Shown here: positions 1-8,720 of the stretch, in pieces | Layout: each line of letters opens with the position of its first letter | How positions within the stretch are numbered: position 1 is the first letter of the stretch | From: Candidatus Limnocylindria bacterium | GTDB lineage: Bacteria; Chloroflexota; Limnocylindria; P2-11E | NCBI GenBank assembly: GCA_035935465.1 | Contig: DASYXA010000056.1 | Location: 652 to 64,651, forward strand | Length of the DNA: 64,000 nt | Direction: 5' to 3' | Translations under genes and position numbers: made by a program | The notes under the pieces: model-generated | What the model was told of the DNA's origin: nothing | Database searches by the model: none | The model's input: only the letters and a program-made list of their open reading frames with translations

Positions 1-2184
1 CAGCTCGCGCACTTCCGCCGCGAGGTCGTCCCGGGTCAGGGCCTCTCGTCCTACCCCCACCCACGGCTCATGCCGGACTTCTGGGAGTTCCCGACCGTCT
101 CGATGGGCCTCGGGCCGCTCGCCGCGATCTATCAGGCCCGGTTCAACCGCTACCTGCACAACCGCGGCATCGTCGACACGAGCCGTTCGCGGGTGTGGGC
201 GTTCCTCGGCGACGGCGAGTGTGACGAGCCCGAGGCGCTCGGCGCGCTGCACGTCGCGGCACGCGAGGGGCTCGACAACCTGACGTTCGTCGTGAACTGC
301 AACCTCCAGCGGCTCGACGGCCCCGTCCGCGGCAACGGGAAGATCGTGCAGGAGCTCGAGGCCGTCTTCCGGGGCTCCGGGTGGAACGTGATCAAGGTGC
401 TCTGGGGCCGCGAGTGGGACGAGCTGCTCGCGCGCGACGTCGACGGCGTCCTGGTGAACAAGATGAACGAGTGGCTCGACGGCGACTCGCAGCGCATGAC
501 CGTCGCCGACGGCGCCTACGTGCGCGAGCACTTCTTCGGTCCGGACCCGCGCCTGCGGAAGATCGTGGAGCACCTCTCCGACGACGAGCTGCGGATGCTG
601 CGCCGCGGCGGCCACGATTACCGCAAGCTGTACGCGGCCTATTCGGCCGCCGTCGCGCACCGCGGCGCGCCGACGGTCGTGCTCGCGCAGACGGTGAAGG
701 GCTGGATGCTCGGCGCGAACGTCGAGGCCCGCAACATCACCCACCAGGCGAAGAAGCTCTCCGTCGAGGAGCTCCGGATCTTCCGCGACCGGCTGGAGCT
801 TCCCATCCCGGACGATCGCCTCGAGACGGCGCCGTTCTACCACCCGGGCATGGACAGCGAGCCGATCCAGTACATGCTGGAGCGGCGGCGCGCGCTCGGC
901 GGACCGGTGCCGAAGCGCGTCGTGCGCGCGAAGCCCGTTCCGACGCCGGACCCGAGCGTGTTCGCGGAGTTCCCGAAGGGGAGCGGCACCGCGGCTGCGT
1001 CGACGACGATGGCGTTCACCCGGCTGCTGCGGAACCTGCTGCGCGACAAGAGCATCGGCAAGCGGATCGTCCCGATCATCCCCGACGAGGCCCGCACCTT
1101 CGGCATGGACCCGCTGTTCAAGGAGGTGGGGATCTACGCGCCGCTCGGCCAGCAGTACGAGCCGGTCGACGCGGAGACGCTGCTCCCCTACCGCGAGGCC
1201 ACGGACGGCCAGGTCCTCGAGGAAGGCATCACCGAGGCGGGGTCGATGGCCTCGTTCACCGCGGCCGGCACGGCGTTCGCGACGCACGGCGAGCACATGA
1301 TCCCGTTCTACGTCTTCTACTCGATGTTCGGCCTGCAACGGACCGGCGACCAGATGTGGGCGTTCGGCGACACGCGCGGCCGCGGCTTCCTGCTCGGCGC
1401 GACCGCCGGCCGGACGACGCTGAACGGCGAGGGCTTGCAGCACGAGGACGGCCACAGCCACATCCTCGCGACCGTCATCCCGAACATCCGGGCCTACGAC
1501 CCGGCGTTCGCGTACGAGACGTCGGTGATCATCGAGGACGGGCTCAAGCGGATGCTCGCCGACGGCGAGGACGTCTTCTACTACCTGACGCTGTACAACG
1601 AGAACTACCCCATGCCGCCGATGCCCGACGGCGCGCGCGAGGGCATCCTCCGCGGGATCTACAAGTACAAGGCCGGGCACGGCGGCAGCCGGCGCCGGGT
1701 CGCGCTGCTCGGGTCGGGCTCGATCATGCAGCAGGTCCTGAGGGCCCAGGAGCTCCTCGCGGACACCTACGACGTCTCAGCGGACGTCTGGAGCGTCACC
1801 TCGTACCAGCTCCTCCGGAACGAGGCCCTCGAGGCCGAACGCTGGAACCGCCTCCATCCCGAGGCCGAGCCGCGGGTCCCCTACGTCACCCAGGTGCTGC
1901 ACGGGGCCGGGCCGGTCATCGCGGCGACCGACTTCCTGAAGTCCCTCCCGGACCAGATCGGCCGCTGGAGCCCCCAGCCGTTCATCCCCCTGGGGACCGA
2001 CGGATTCGGGCGGTCGGACACCCGCGAGGCCCTGCGCCGGTTCTTCGAGGTGGATCCCGAGAGCATCGCGGTGGCGTCGCTCCACGGCCTGACCCAGTAC
2101 GAGCAGTACGCCCCGGCCGACGTGGCCAAGGCGATCACCGACCTCGGCCTGGACCCCGAGAAGCCCGAGCCGCGCACCAGCTGA
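1..2184 (+). CDS. aceE: pyruvate dehydrogenase E1 component (homodimeric AceE type), 5'-truncated by window edge
   Basis: Frame is open back to nt 1 (QLAHFRREVVPGQGLSSYPHPRLMPDFWEFPTVSMGLGP is a conserved AceE block), so the M at 70 is internal. About 700 aa of C-terminal AceE follow. Stop at 2184. Confidence 0.9.
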   Translation, partial: QLAHFRREVVPGQGLSSYPHPRLMPDFWEFPTVSMGLGPLAAIYQARFNRYLHNRGIVDTSRSRVWAFLGDGECDEPEALGALHVAAREGLDNLTFVVNCNLQRLDGPVRGNGKIVQELEAVFRGSGWNVIKVLWGREWDELLARDVDGVLVNKMNEWLDGDSQRMTVADGAYVREHFFGPDPRLRKIVEHLSDDELRMLRRGGHDYRKLYAAYSAAVAHRGAPTVVLAQTVKGWMLGANVEARNITHQAKKLSVEELRIFRDRLELPIPDDRLETAPFYHPGMDSEPIQYMLERRRALGGPVPKRVVRAKPVPTPDPSVFAEFPKGSGTAAASTTMAFTRLLRNLLRDKSIGKRIVPIIPDEARTFGMDPLFKEVGIYAPLGQQYEPVDAETLLPYREATDGQVLEEGITEAGSMASFTAAGTAFATHGEHMIPFYVFYSMFGLQRTGDQMWAFGDTRGRGFLLGATAGRTTLNGEGLQHEDGHSHILATVIPNIRAYDPAFAYETSVIIEDGLKRMLADGEDVFYYLTLYNENYPMPPMPDGAREGILRGIYKYKAGHGGSRRRVALLGSGSIMQQVLRAQELLADTYDVSADVWSVTSYQLLRNEALEAERWNRLHPEAEPRVPYVTQVLHGAGPVIAATDFLKSLPDQIGRWSPQPFIPLGTDGFGRSDTREALRRFFEVDPESIAVASLHGLTQYEQYAPADVAKAITDLGLDPEKPEPRTS

Positions 2185-2186
2185 CC

Positions 2187-2213
2187 CGCGGCTTTCGTTC
2201 AGCGAAAGCGGCG
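2187..2213 (+). terminator. imperfect GC-rich hairpin just after aceE stop (7 bp + 3 bp stem, 5-nt loop), followed by TTG
   Basis: gctttcg-ttcag-cgaaagc inverted repeat read directly. No strong U-tract. Confidence 0.35.
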
Positions 2214-2266
2214 TTGCGCGGGTCGGCAGGCGGCGCATAATCGCGGCCAACCGCAACGGGAGGGAC

Positions 2267-3646
2267 TTGATCGTGGACGATATGGCGTTCCGTGGCCTCA
2301 GCCGGCGACAGCTTCTGAAAGGCGCCGCCGCAGCGGCGGCGGTACCGATCGCGGCGGCCTGCGTCGGCAACAGCACCAGTCCGAGCACGTCCGCACCGGC
2401 GGCAGCGACCAGCCCCGGCGCGGTGGCGGCCACCGCGACGGCGAAGAAGCTCAGCGGCAACCTGAGCATCGTGCAGTGGAGCCACTTCGTTCCGGCATAC
2501 GACACGTTCTTCGACGCGTGGGCCAAGGACTGGGGCACGAAGAACGGCGTGAACGTCAGCGTCGACCACATCGCGATCGCCGACCTGCCCGCGCGCGCGG
2601 CGGCCGAGGCCGCGGCCAAGTCCGGCCATGACATCTTCGGTCACTTCGCCCAGGGGCTGCCGGCGCTCTACGAGAACAGCCTCGTCGACATCACCGACAT
2701 CTGCGACGCCGTCGGCAAGAAGTACGGCGGCTGGCTGCCATCCGGGGTCTCGATCGGGAAGGTCGGCGCGCAATGGCGCGGACTGCCCGACTTCGTCGTG
2801 CCGTTCCCGAGCCTCTGGCGGAAGGATGTCTTCGCCCAGGCGGGGTACACGAAGGACAACCTCGAGACCTGGCAGGATCTCCTCGACTACGCACCGAAGC
2901 TGAAGGCCCTCGGTCACCCGGTGGGCACGGCGGTCTCGCAGACCTCGGACGCCGAGCACACCTGGCGATCGCTGATGTGGTCGTACGGCGCCGCGGAGTT
3001 CTCGACGGACGGCAAGTCCGTCGCGATCGACAGCCCGGAAACGCGGACGGTGCTCCAGTTCGGGAAGGACCTGTACCAGCACATGGAGCCCGCGGTGCTG
3101 TCGTGGGGCGACGTCGACAACAACACGTATCTGCAGTCCGGGAAGGCGTCCTGGATCTACAACCCGATCAGCGCCTACCGCACGATCGAAAAGCAGAATC
3201 CGGACCTCATCAAGAACATCTACGTGTCGCTTCCGATGAAGGGACCGAAGGCCCAGATCTGCTCGATCCAGTTCACGGTCTACGGCGTCTGGAACTTCTC
3301 CAAGAACATCGACGCCGCGCGCCAGTTCCTGATCGACTACAGCGACAACTGGGAGGCCGAGTTCAAGGCCAGCGAGGGCTACGACAACCCGTTCCTGAAG
3401 GACCACGCCAAGAAGCCCATGCCGGTCCTGGGCTCGGACCCGAAGCTCGCGTCACTCCAGGACATCCCGACGGTCGTGCAGGCCATCGGGTACCCCGGCC
3501 CCGCGACGAAGGCGGCCTTCGACTCCCTGAACACGCACATCGTGACCGACATGTTCGCCAACTACATCACCGGCAAGAAGTCGATCGGCGACAGCATCGC
3601 CGATGCGTCCAAGCGGCTCACGGACTCGCTGGCGAAGTTCAAGTAG
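2267..3646 (+). CDS. ABC transporter substrate-binding protein (extracellular solute-binding family 1, sugar type), TAT/lipoprotein signal
   Basis: N-terminus RRQLLKGAAAAAAVPIAAAC (twin-arginine plus lipobox Cys). Family-1 SBP-like body. GGGAGG upstream. Start TTG 2267, GTG 2273 or ATG 2282 is ambiguous. Confidence 0.85.
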   Translation: MIVDDMAFRGLSRRQLLKGAAAAAAVPIAAACVGNSTSPSTSAPAAATSPGAVAATATAKKLSGNLSIVQWSHFVPAYDTFFDAWAKDWGTKNGVNVSVDHIAIADLPARAAAEAAAKSGHDIFGHFAQGLPALYENSLVDITDICDAVGKKYGGWLPSGVSIGKVGAQWRGLPDFVVPFPSLWRKDVFAQAGYTKDNLETWQDLLDYAPKLKALGHPVGTAVSQTSDAEHTWRSLMWSYGAAEFSTDGKSVAIDSPETRTVLQFGKDLYQHMEPAVLSWGDVDNNTYLQSGKASWIYNPISAYRTIEKQNPDLIKNIYVSLPMKGPKAQICSIQFTVYGVWNFSKNIDAARQFLIDYSDNWEAEFKASEGYDNPFLKDHAKKPMPVLGSDPKLASLQDIPTVVQAIGYPGPATKAAFDSLNTHIVTDMFANYITGKKSIGDSIADASKRLTDSLAKFK

Positions 3647-3715
3647 CGAACGACCGCGTCGATCAAAAGAGCCGGGGCTACCGCCCCGGCTCTTTTCGTT
3701 TCCCGCGGGACCGGA

Positions 3716-4603
3716 TCACTTCAGCGCGCCGCCGGTGATCCCGCGCACGAAGGTGTCCATGAAGAAGTTGTAGAGGATGGCCGTCGGCACCGAGATGATG
3801 AGCGCCCCGGCCATCAGCGAGCCCCAGAAGAAGACGTCGCCGCGCACCAGATCGGTGACGACCCCGAGCGTGACGGTCTTCTCCGAGGATGACGAGACGA
3901 AGGTGAGCGCGTAGACGAACTCCTGCATCGCGAGGGTGAACGCGAAGATCACGATCGTGAGGACCCCGGGCACGCTGATCGGCAGCACGATCCGGAACAT
4001 CGCGCCGAGCCGGCTGCAGCCGTCGACGCGCGCGGCCTCGGTGATCTCCCGCGGCACGTTCTTGAAGAAGCCCATCAGCAGCCAGGTGCAGAACGGGATG
4101 GTGAAGGTCGGGTAGACCAGCGCGAGCGCCCAGCGGGTGTTGCTCAGGCCGAGCCCGACGACGAGCTGGGACAGCGGCAGGAACAGCAGGGTCGGCGGCA
4201 CGAGGTACGTGAGGAAGATGCCGATGCCCAGGGCGCCCGAGCCGGGGAACTTCGACCGGGCCAGCGCGTAGGCCGCGGGCACGCAGACGACGACCGTGAC
4301 GACGACCACCACGCCGCCGACCTCGACGGTGTTGACGAGCCAGGTCAGGTACCGCGTCTCCTGGAACAGGTAGCGGACCTGCTCCAACGTCGGCGCGAGG
4401 TTGAAGAACAGCGGGTTGTTCGCCAGGTTGTAGAGGTCGTTGACCTGCTTGAAGGTCGTGATGAACATCCAGTAGACCGGGAACACCGCGAACAGCAGGA
4501 ACAGGCCGAGGGCCAGCCAGAACAGCACCTGACCGCGGAGCCGGCGCAGCCTGAATCCGCGCGAGTGCACCGTGCGCGGACGGGTGGCCGCGGCGGACAT
4601 CAT
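3716..4603 (-). CDS. carbohydrate ABC transporter permease (MalG-like)
   Basis: Multi-TM protein with an EAA-loop region (TEAARVDGCSRLGAMFRIVLP). ATG at 4601-4603 overlaps the stop of the upstream permease (ATGA coupling). Confidence 0.85.
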   Translation of the reverse strand: MMSAAATRPRTVHSRGFRLRRLRGQVLFWLALGLFLLFAVFPVYWMFITTFKQVNDLYNLANNPLFFNLAPTLEQVRYLFQETRYLTWLVNTVEVGGVVVVVTVVVCVPAAYALARSKFPGSGALGIGIFLTYLVPPTLLFLPLSQLVVGLGLSNTRWALALVYPTFTIPFCTWLLMGFFKNVPREITEAARVDGCSRLGAMFRIVLPISVPGVLTIVIFAFTLAMQEFVYALTFVSSSSEKTVTLGVVTDLVRGDVFFWGSLMAGALIISVPTAILYNFFMDTFVRGITGGALK

Positions 4604-5550
4604 CAGTCCAGGCTCCTCGCCTTGAGGTTGCGCAGCAGGAAGAGCGCTCCGATCAGCATCACCGGGAAGAGGAACAGCGAGATCGTCGCCCCGCGGCCGA
4701 GGCCACCCGACAGCACGCCGGTCACGAACGCGTATGAGGCGATCACGTGCGTCGAGTTGACCGGATTGCCCTTCGTGAGCAGCCAGACGACCGTCATGTC
4801 CGTGAACGTGAAGACGAGCGAGAACAACAGCGCGATGTAGAGGATCGGCGCGATGATCGGGACCATGATCTTGCGCCAGCGGATCCACCAGCCGGCGCCG
4901 TCCAGGCTCGCGGCCTCGACGATCTCCTGGGGCACCGAGCTGATGCCCGCGGTCAGCACGATCGCGCTGAACGGCAGATTCCGCCAGACGTTCACCACGA
5001 TGATCGAGATCATCGCGTAGCCCTCCTCACCCAGCCAGTTGGGGCCGGCGCTGGGATCGGGGAAGAAGCCGAGATTCGAGGCGATGTGGTTGATGACGCT
5101 GTACGTCGGGTTGAGCATCCAGGTCCAGGCCATCGCGCCGACCGCGACCGGGATCGTGAACGGCAGCATGATGAGCGCGCGCGCGATACGCCGCCCGCGG
5201 AACTGCCGGAGCAGCAGGAACGCGAGTCCGGTCCCGAGGACCATCTGGAGCACCTGGGACGAGATCGTGAACACGAACGTGTTGAGCAGCGCTCGGCGGA
5301 AGATGTCGTCATTGAGGACGAATTCGAGGTTCCGAAGGCCCGTGAACGGGCCAATCGGCTGGCTCACGGTCGCGTCGCTGACCGTGAACCAGAGGGCGAT
5401 GGCGAACGGGTAGCCGACGAGCAGGACGATGTAGAGGACCGCGGGCGCCACGAGGACGTAGCCGAAGACCTTCTCGCTGTCGAGGAGGTGGCCGAACGTC
5501 CGACCGACCACGCCGCGCCGGTACGCCGCGCTGCGTACGATGCCGGCCAT
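4603..5550 (-). CDS. sugar ABC transporter permease (MalF-like)
   Basis: Six predicted TM segments with an EAA motif (IVEAASLDGAGWWIRWRKIMVP). Start MAGIVRSAAYRR at 5548-5550. The longer track ORF is an upstream over-extension. Confidence 0.85.
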   Translation of the reverse strand: MAGIVRSAAYRRGVVGRTFGHLLDSEKVFGYVLVAPAVLYIVLLVGYPFAIALWFTVSDATVSQPIGPFTGLRNLEFVLNDDIFRRALLNTFVFTISSQVLQMVLGTGLAFLLLRQFRGRRIARALIMLPFTIPVAVGAMAWTWMLNPTYSVINHIASNLGFFPDPSAGPNWLGEEGYAMISIIVVNVWRNLPFSAIVLTAGISSVPQEIVEAASLDGAGWWIRWRKIMVPIIAPILYIALLFSLVFTFTDMTVVWLLTKGNPVNSTHVIASYAFVTGVLSGGLGRGATISLFLFPVMLIGALFLLRNLKARSLD

Positions 5551-6967
5551 CAGCGGACAAGATACCGCCAACCGCACCGGCCAGCCGTCCGGCGCGGGTG
5601 GGCCTCCGGCGGTCCGAGCGGCACCGGTGAGTCTCAGCCGGCGCGGACTGCTGCGCCGGCTCGCCGCCGCGGCGACCCTGCCGATCGCGGCCGCATGCGT
5701 CGCGGAGATTCCCCGGCCGACCGGATCGCCCGGCGCGACGGTCAGCCAGCCCGGGCCCACGACCCGGTTCGGCGGCCGGCTCACCGTCCTCCAGGGCAGC
5801 CACCCCGTACCGGCGTTCGATCGATACGTCGATGCGTGGGCCGCGCGGTGGGCCGCGACCAACGGTCTTGCCGTCCGGATCGACCGGATCCCGCCCGCGG
5901 ATCTGCGCGCTCGCGTCGCGTTCGAGGCGACGACGCGATCCGGGCACGACCTCGTCGCGTGCTACTCGAGCGGTCTGGCCGCGCTCCATCGGCCGAGCCT
6001 GGTCGACCTCAGCGACCTGTGCGACCGCGCGGCGGCGCGCTACGGCGGCTGGCTGCCGGCGGGCGAAGCGATCGGGACGGTCGGCCAGCGCTGGTACGCC
6101 TATCCCGACTTCGCCGTGCCGTTCCTCAACGCCTGGCGGACCGACCGCTGGCGGGCGGTGGGCTTCGCCGGCGACCATCTCGAGAGCTGGGACGAGCTCA
6201 TCCGCAACGCCGCGGCACTGCGGGCATCCGGCCATCCGGCGGGCGCCGCGATGTCGCGAGCCGCCGACGCCGAACACACCTGGCGGGCGCTGCTGTGGTC
6301 GTACGGCGCGGCCGAATTCACGGCGGACGGCAAGGCGGTGGCCATCGACAGCCCGGAGACCCGCGACGCGCTCGGGCTCGCGAAGGTGCTCTTCGCGAAC
6401 GAGGACCCGGAGGTCGTGACCTGGCGGGACCTCGACAACGACGCGTACCTCCGATCCGGGAAGGGCTCGTGGATCTGCGACCCGATCGACGCGTTCCGGG
6501 CGATCGGGGCCGCCGACCCCGGGCTCGCCGCCAGGATCGCGCTCGATGGCCCCCTCGCGGGTCCGGCGGGGCGGATCGGCTCGATGGCGTTCACGGCATA
6601 CGGCATCTGGGCCTTCTCGCCGAACATCGCGGCGGCGCGGCAGTTCCTCCTGGACTACAGCGACGATTGGCCCAACCAGATGACCGCGAGCCAGGGCTTC
6701 AATCAACCGTTCCTGGTGGGCCACGCCCGGCACCCGATGCCGGTCTTCGGCGCCGACAGCAGGCTCGCGCACCTCCAGGATGTCGGCCCGTTGCTCCGGC
6801 CGGTCGGATACCCCGGGCCTCCGACGCTCGCGGCCTACGACGCGCTCGAGTCACACGTGATCGCCGACCTGTTCACCGACCATTGCACCGGCCGTCGCAC
6901 GATGGACGACGCGATCGCGGACGCGAGCAGGCGGCTCAGGGACTCGCTGGCGCGGTTCCCGGCCTGA
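5540..6967 (+). CDS. ABC transporter substrate-binding protein, paralog of 2267..3646 (TAT/lipoprotein)
   Basis: RRGLLRRLAAAATLPIAAAC signal. Clearly paralogous to the first SBP (SGHD, YGGWLP, DYSDxW, NxPFL, HxxxPMPV blocks shared). A likelier start is GTG 5627 (VSLSRRGLL); ATG 5540 gives a 34-aa n-region. Confidence 0.8.
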   Translation: MPAISGQDTANRTGQPSGAGGPPAVRAAPVSLSRRGLLRRLAAAATLPIAAACVAEIPRPTGSPGATVSQPGPTTRFGGRLTVLQGSHPVPAFDRYVDAWAARWAATNGLAVRIDRIPPADLRARVAFEATTRSGHDLVACYSSGLAALHRPSLVDLSDLCDRAAARYGGWLPAGEAIGTVGQRWYAYPDFAVPFLNAWRTDRWRAVGFAGDHLESWDELIRNAAALRASGHPAGAAMSRAADAEHTWRALLWSYGAAEFTADGKAVAIDSPETRDALGLAKVLFANEDPEVVTWRDLDNDAYLRSGKGSWICDPIDAFRAIGAADPGLAARIALDGPLAGPAGRIGSMAFTAYGIWAFSPNIAAARQFLLDYSDDWPNQMTASQGFNQPFLVGHARHPMPVFGADSRLAHLQDVGPLLRPVGYPGPPTLAAYDALESHVIADLFTDHCTGRRTMDDAIADASRRLRDSLARFPA

Positions 6968-6979
6968 CGCCGGGCCCGC

Positions 6980-8662
6980 TCAGGCGCGCGTGAGCGGCCG
7001 GTAGCGGATGCGGTGGGGGCGATCGGCCTCGGCCCCCAGCTCCTTGTGCCGGAACGCCTCGTACTCGGCGTAGTTGCCGTCGAACCAGCGGACCTTCGAG
7101 TCGCCCTCGAACGCGAGCATGTGCGTCGCGATCCGGTCCAGGAACCAGCGGTCGTGGCTGATCACGACCGCGCAACCGGCGAAATCGAGGAGCGCCTCTT
7201 CCAAGGCGCGCAACGTGTCCACGTCGAGGTCGTTGGTCGGCTCGTCCAGGAGCAGGAGGTTGCCGCCCCGCTGGAGCAGCTTCGCCAGGTGGACGCGGTT
7301 CCGCTCACCGCCGGAGAGATCCCCGACACGCTTCTGCTGGTCGGCCCCCCGGAAATTGAACGACGCGACGTAGCTCCGCGCGTTCCGCGGCCGGCCGCCG
7401 ACCATGATCGTGTCCTCGCCGCCGGCGATCTCCGTCCACACGGTCTTCGCGGGATCGAGCGCGTCGCGGGATTGCGAGACATAGGCCGCCTGGACCTGGT
7501 CGCCGATCCGCAGGCTGCCGCCATCGGGCGTCTCCTCGCCGGTGATCAGCCGGAACAGGGTGGTCTTCCCCGCCCCGTTCGGACCGATCACGCCGACGAT
7601 GCCGCCGCGCGGAAGGTCGAACGTGAGCTCGTCGAACAGGAGCTTGTCCCCATACGCCTTGCGCAGGCCGTCGGCCTTCACGACGATGTCGCCGAGGCGC
7701 GGCCCGGGCGGGATGCTGATCTCGAGGTCGCGCTCGCGCTCATCCGGGTTCTCGGCGAGGAGCTTCTCGTACGACGCGATGCGGGCCTTGCTCTTGGCAT
7801 GACGCGCCCGCGGCGAGAGCGCGACCCACTCGGCTTCGCGCGCCAGCGTCCGCTGCCGGGCGCTCTCCTGCTTCTCCTCGTCGGCCAGCCGCTTCCGCTT
7901 CTGCCCGAGCCAGGAGCTGTAGTTGCCTTCCCACGGGATGCCCTGGCCGCGGTCGAGCTCGAGGATCCAGCCCGCCACGTTGTCCAGGAAGTACCGGTCG
8001 TGGGTGACCGCGACGACCGTGCCCGGGTAGTCCTTGAGGAACCGCTCGAGCCAGGCGACCGACTCCGCGTCCAGGTGATTCGTCGGCTCGTCGAGCAGGA
8101 GCAGGTCGGGCTTCTGGAGGAGCAGCCGGCAGAGCGCGACGCGGCGGCGCTCGCCGCCGGACAGGGTGGTCACGTCCTGATCGCCGGGCGGCAGCCGCAG
8201 GGAGTCCATCGCGAAGTCGATCGTCGAGTCGAGGTCCCAGAGGCCCTTCGCCTCGATCTCATCCTGGGTCTTCTGAAAGTCGTCGGAGAGCTTCTCCATC
8301 TCGGCGGCGCTCTGCTCCTGGGCGAACGTCGCCGAGAGGTCGCTGAACCGCTGGAGGATCGCCCGCTCCTTCGCGACGCCCTCTTCCACATTCCCGCGGA
8401 CGTCCTTGGACGGGTCCAGCTGCGGCTCCTGCGGGAGGAATCCGACGGTGTGCCCCTCGGTCAGCCGGGCGTCGCCCAGGTACTCCGCGTCGACGCCGGC
8501 CATGATCCGCAGGAGCGTGCTCTTGCCGGCGCCGTTGGCGCCGAGCACCCCGATCTTGGCGCCCGGATAGAACGCGAGGTAGATCCCCTTGAGGATCTCC
8601 CGCTGGGTCCCGGGCGCGATCTTCTTGAGGTCGCGCATGGTGAAGATGAATTGGGGCGGCAT
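6980..8662 (-). CDS. ettA: energy-dependent translational throttle protein EttA (ABC-F ATPase)
   Basis: Two ABC ATPase cassettes (GANGAGKST, GPNGAGKTT; LSGGE signatures). About 560 aa with typical EttA N-terminus MPPQFIFTMRDLKK. Confidence 0.9.
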   Translation of the reverse strand: MPPQFIFTMRDLKKIAPGTQREILKGIYLAFYPGAKIGVLGANGAGKSTLLRIMAGVDAEYLGDARLTEGHTVGFLPQEPQLDPSKDVRGNVEEGVAKERAILQRFSDLSATFAQEQSAAEMEKLSDDFQKTQDEIEAKGLWDLDSTIDFAMDSLRLPPGDQDVTTLSGGERRRVALCRLLLQKPDLLLLDEPTNHLDAESVAWLERFLKDYPGTVVAVTHDRYFLDNVAGWILELDRGQGIPWEGNYSSWLGQKRKRLADEEKQESARQRTLAREAEWVALSPRARHAKSKARIASYEKLLAENPDERERDLEISIPPGPRLGDIVVKADGLRKAYGDKLLFDELTFDLPRGGIVGVIGPNGAGKTTLFRLITGEETPDGGSLRIGDQVQAAYVSQSRDALDPAKTVWTEIAGGEDTIMVGGRPRNARSYVASFNFRGADQQKRVGDLSGGERNRVHLAKLLQRGGNLLLLDEPTNDLDVDTLRALEEALLDFAGCAVVISHDRWFLDRIATHMLAFEGDSKVRWFDGNYAEYEAFRHKELGAEADRPHRIRYRPLTRA

Positions 8663-8720
8663 GTGAGCCTCAACCGTAATTGATTAGGCTTCGGCCGAGT
8701 TCGCCCCCACGGAGGACCGC

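Noticed and set aside
381-2240. Long alternative-frame and antisense ORFs overlapping real genes (e.g. 381..2240 +, 2135..3406 -, 7013..8683 +, 8670..10988 -, 13459..15657 +, 22043..27103 +, 31953..35453 -, 38831..40306 +, 41967..43805 +, 48651..50825 -)
   Set aside because: They have Arg/Ala/Gly/Pro-rich low-complexity translations typical of shadow ORFs in about 70% GC DNA. Each overlaps a gene with clear family motifs on another frame or strand.
5540-5627. ATG 5540 as start of the second SBP
   Set aside because: It gives a 34-residue n-region before the twin-arginine and overlaps the divergent permease start. GTG 5627 is more plausible, but the ATG could not be excluded, so the feature is reported from 5540.
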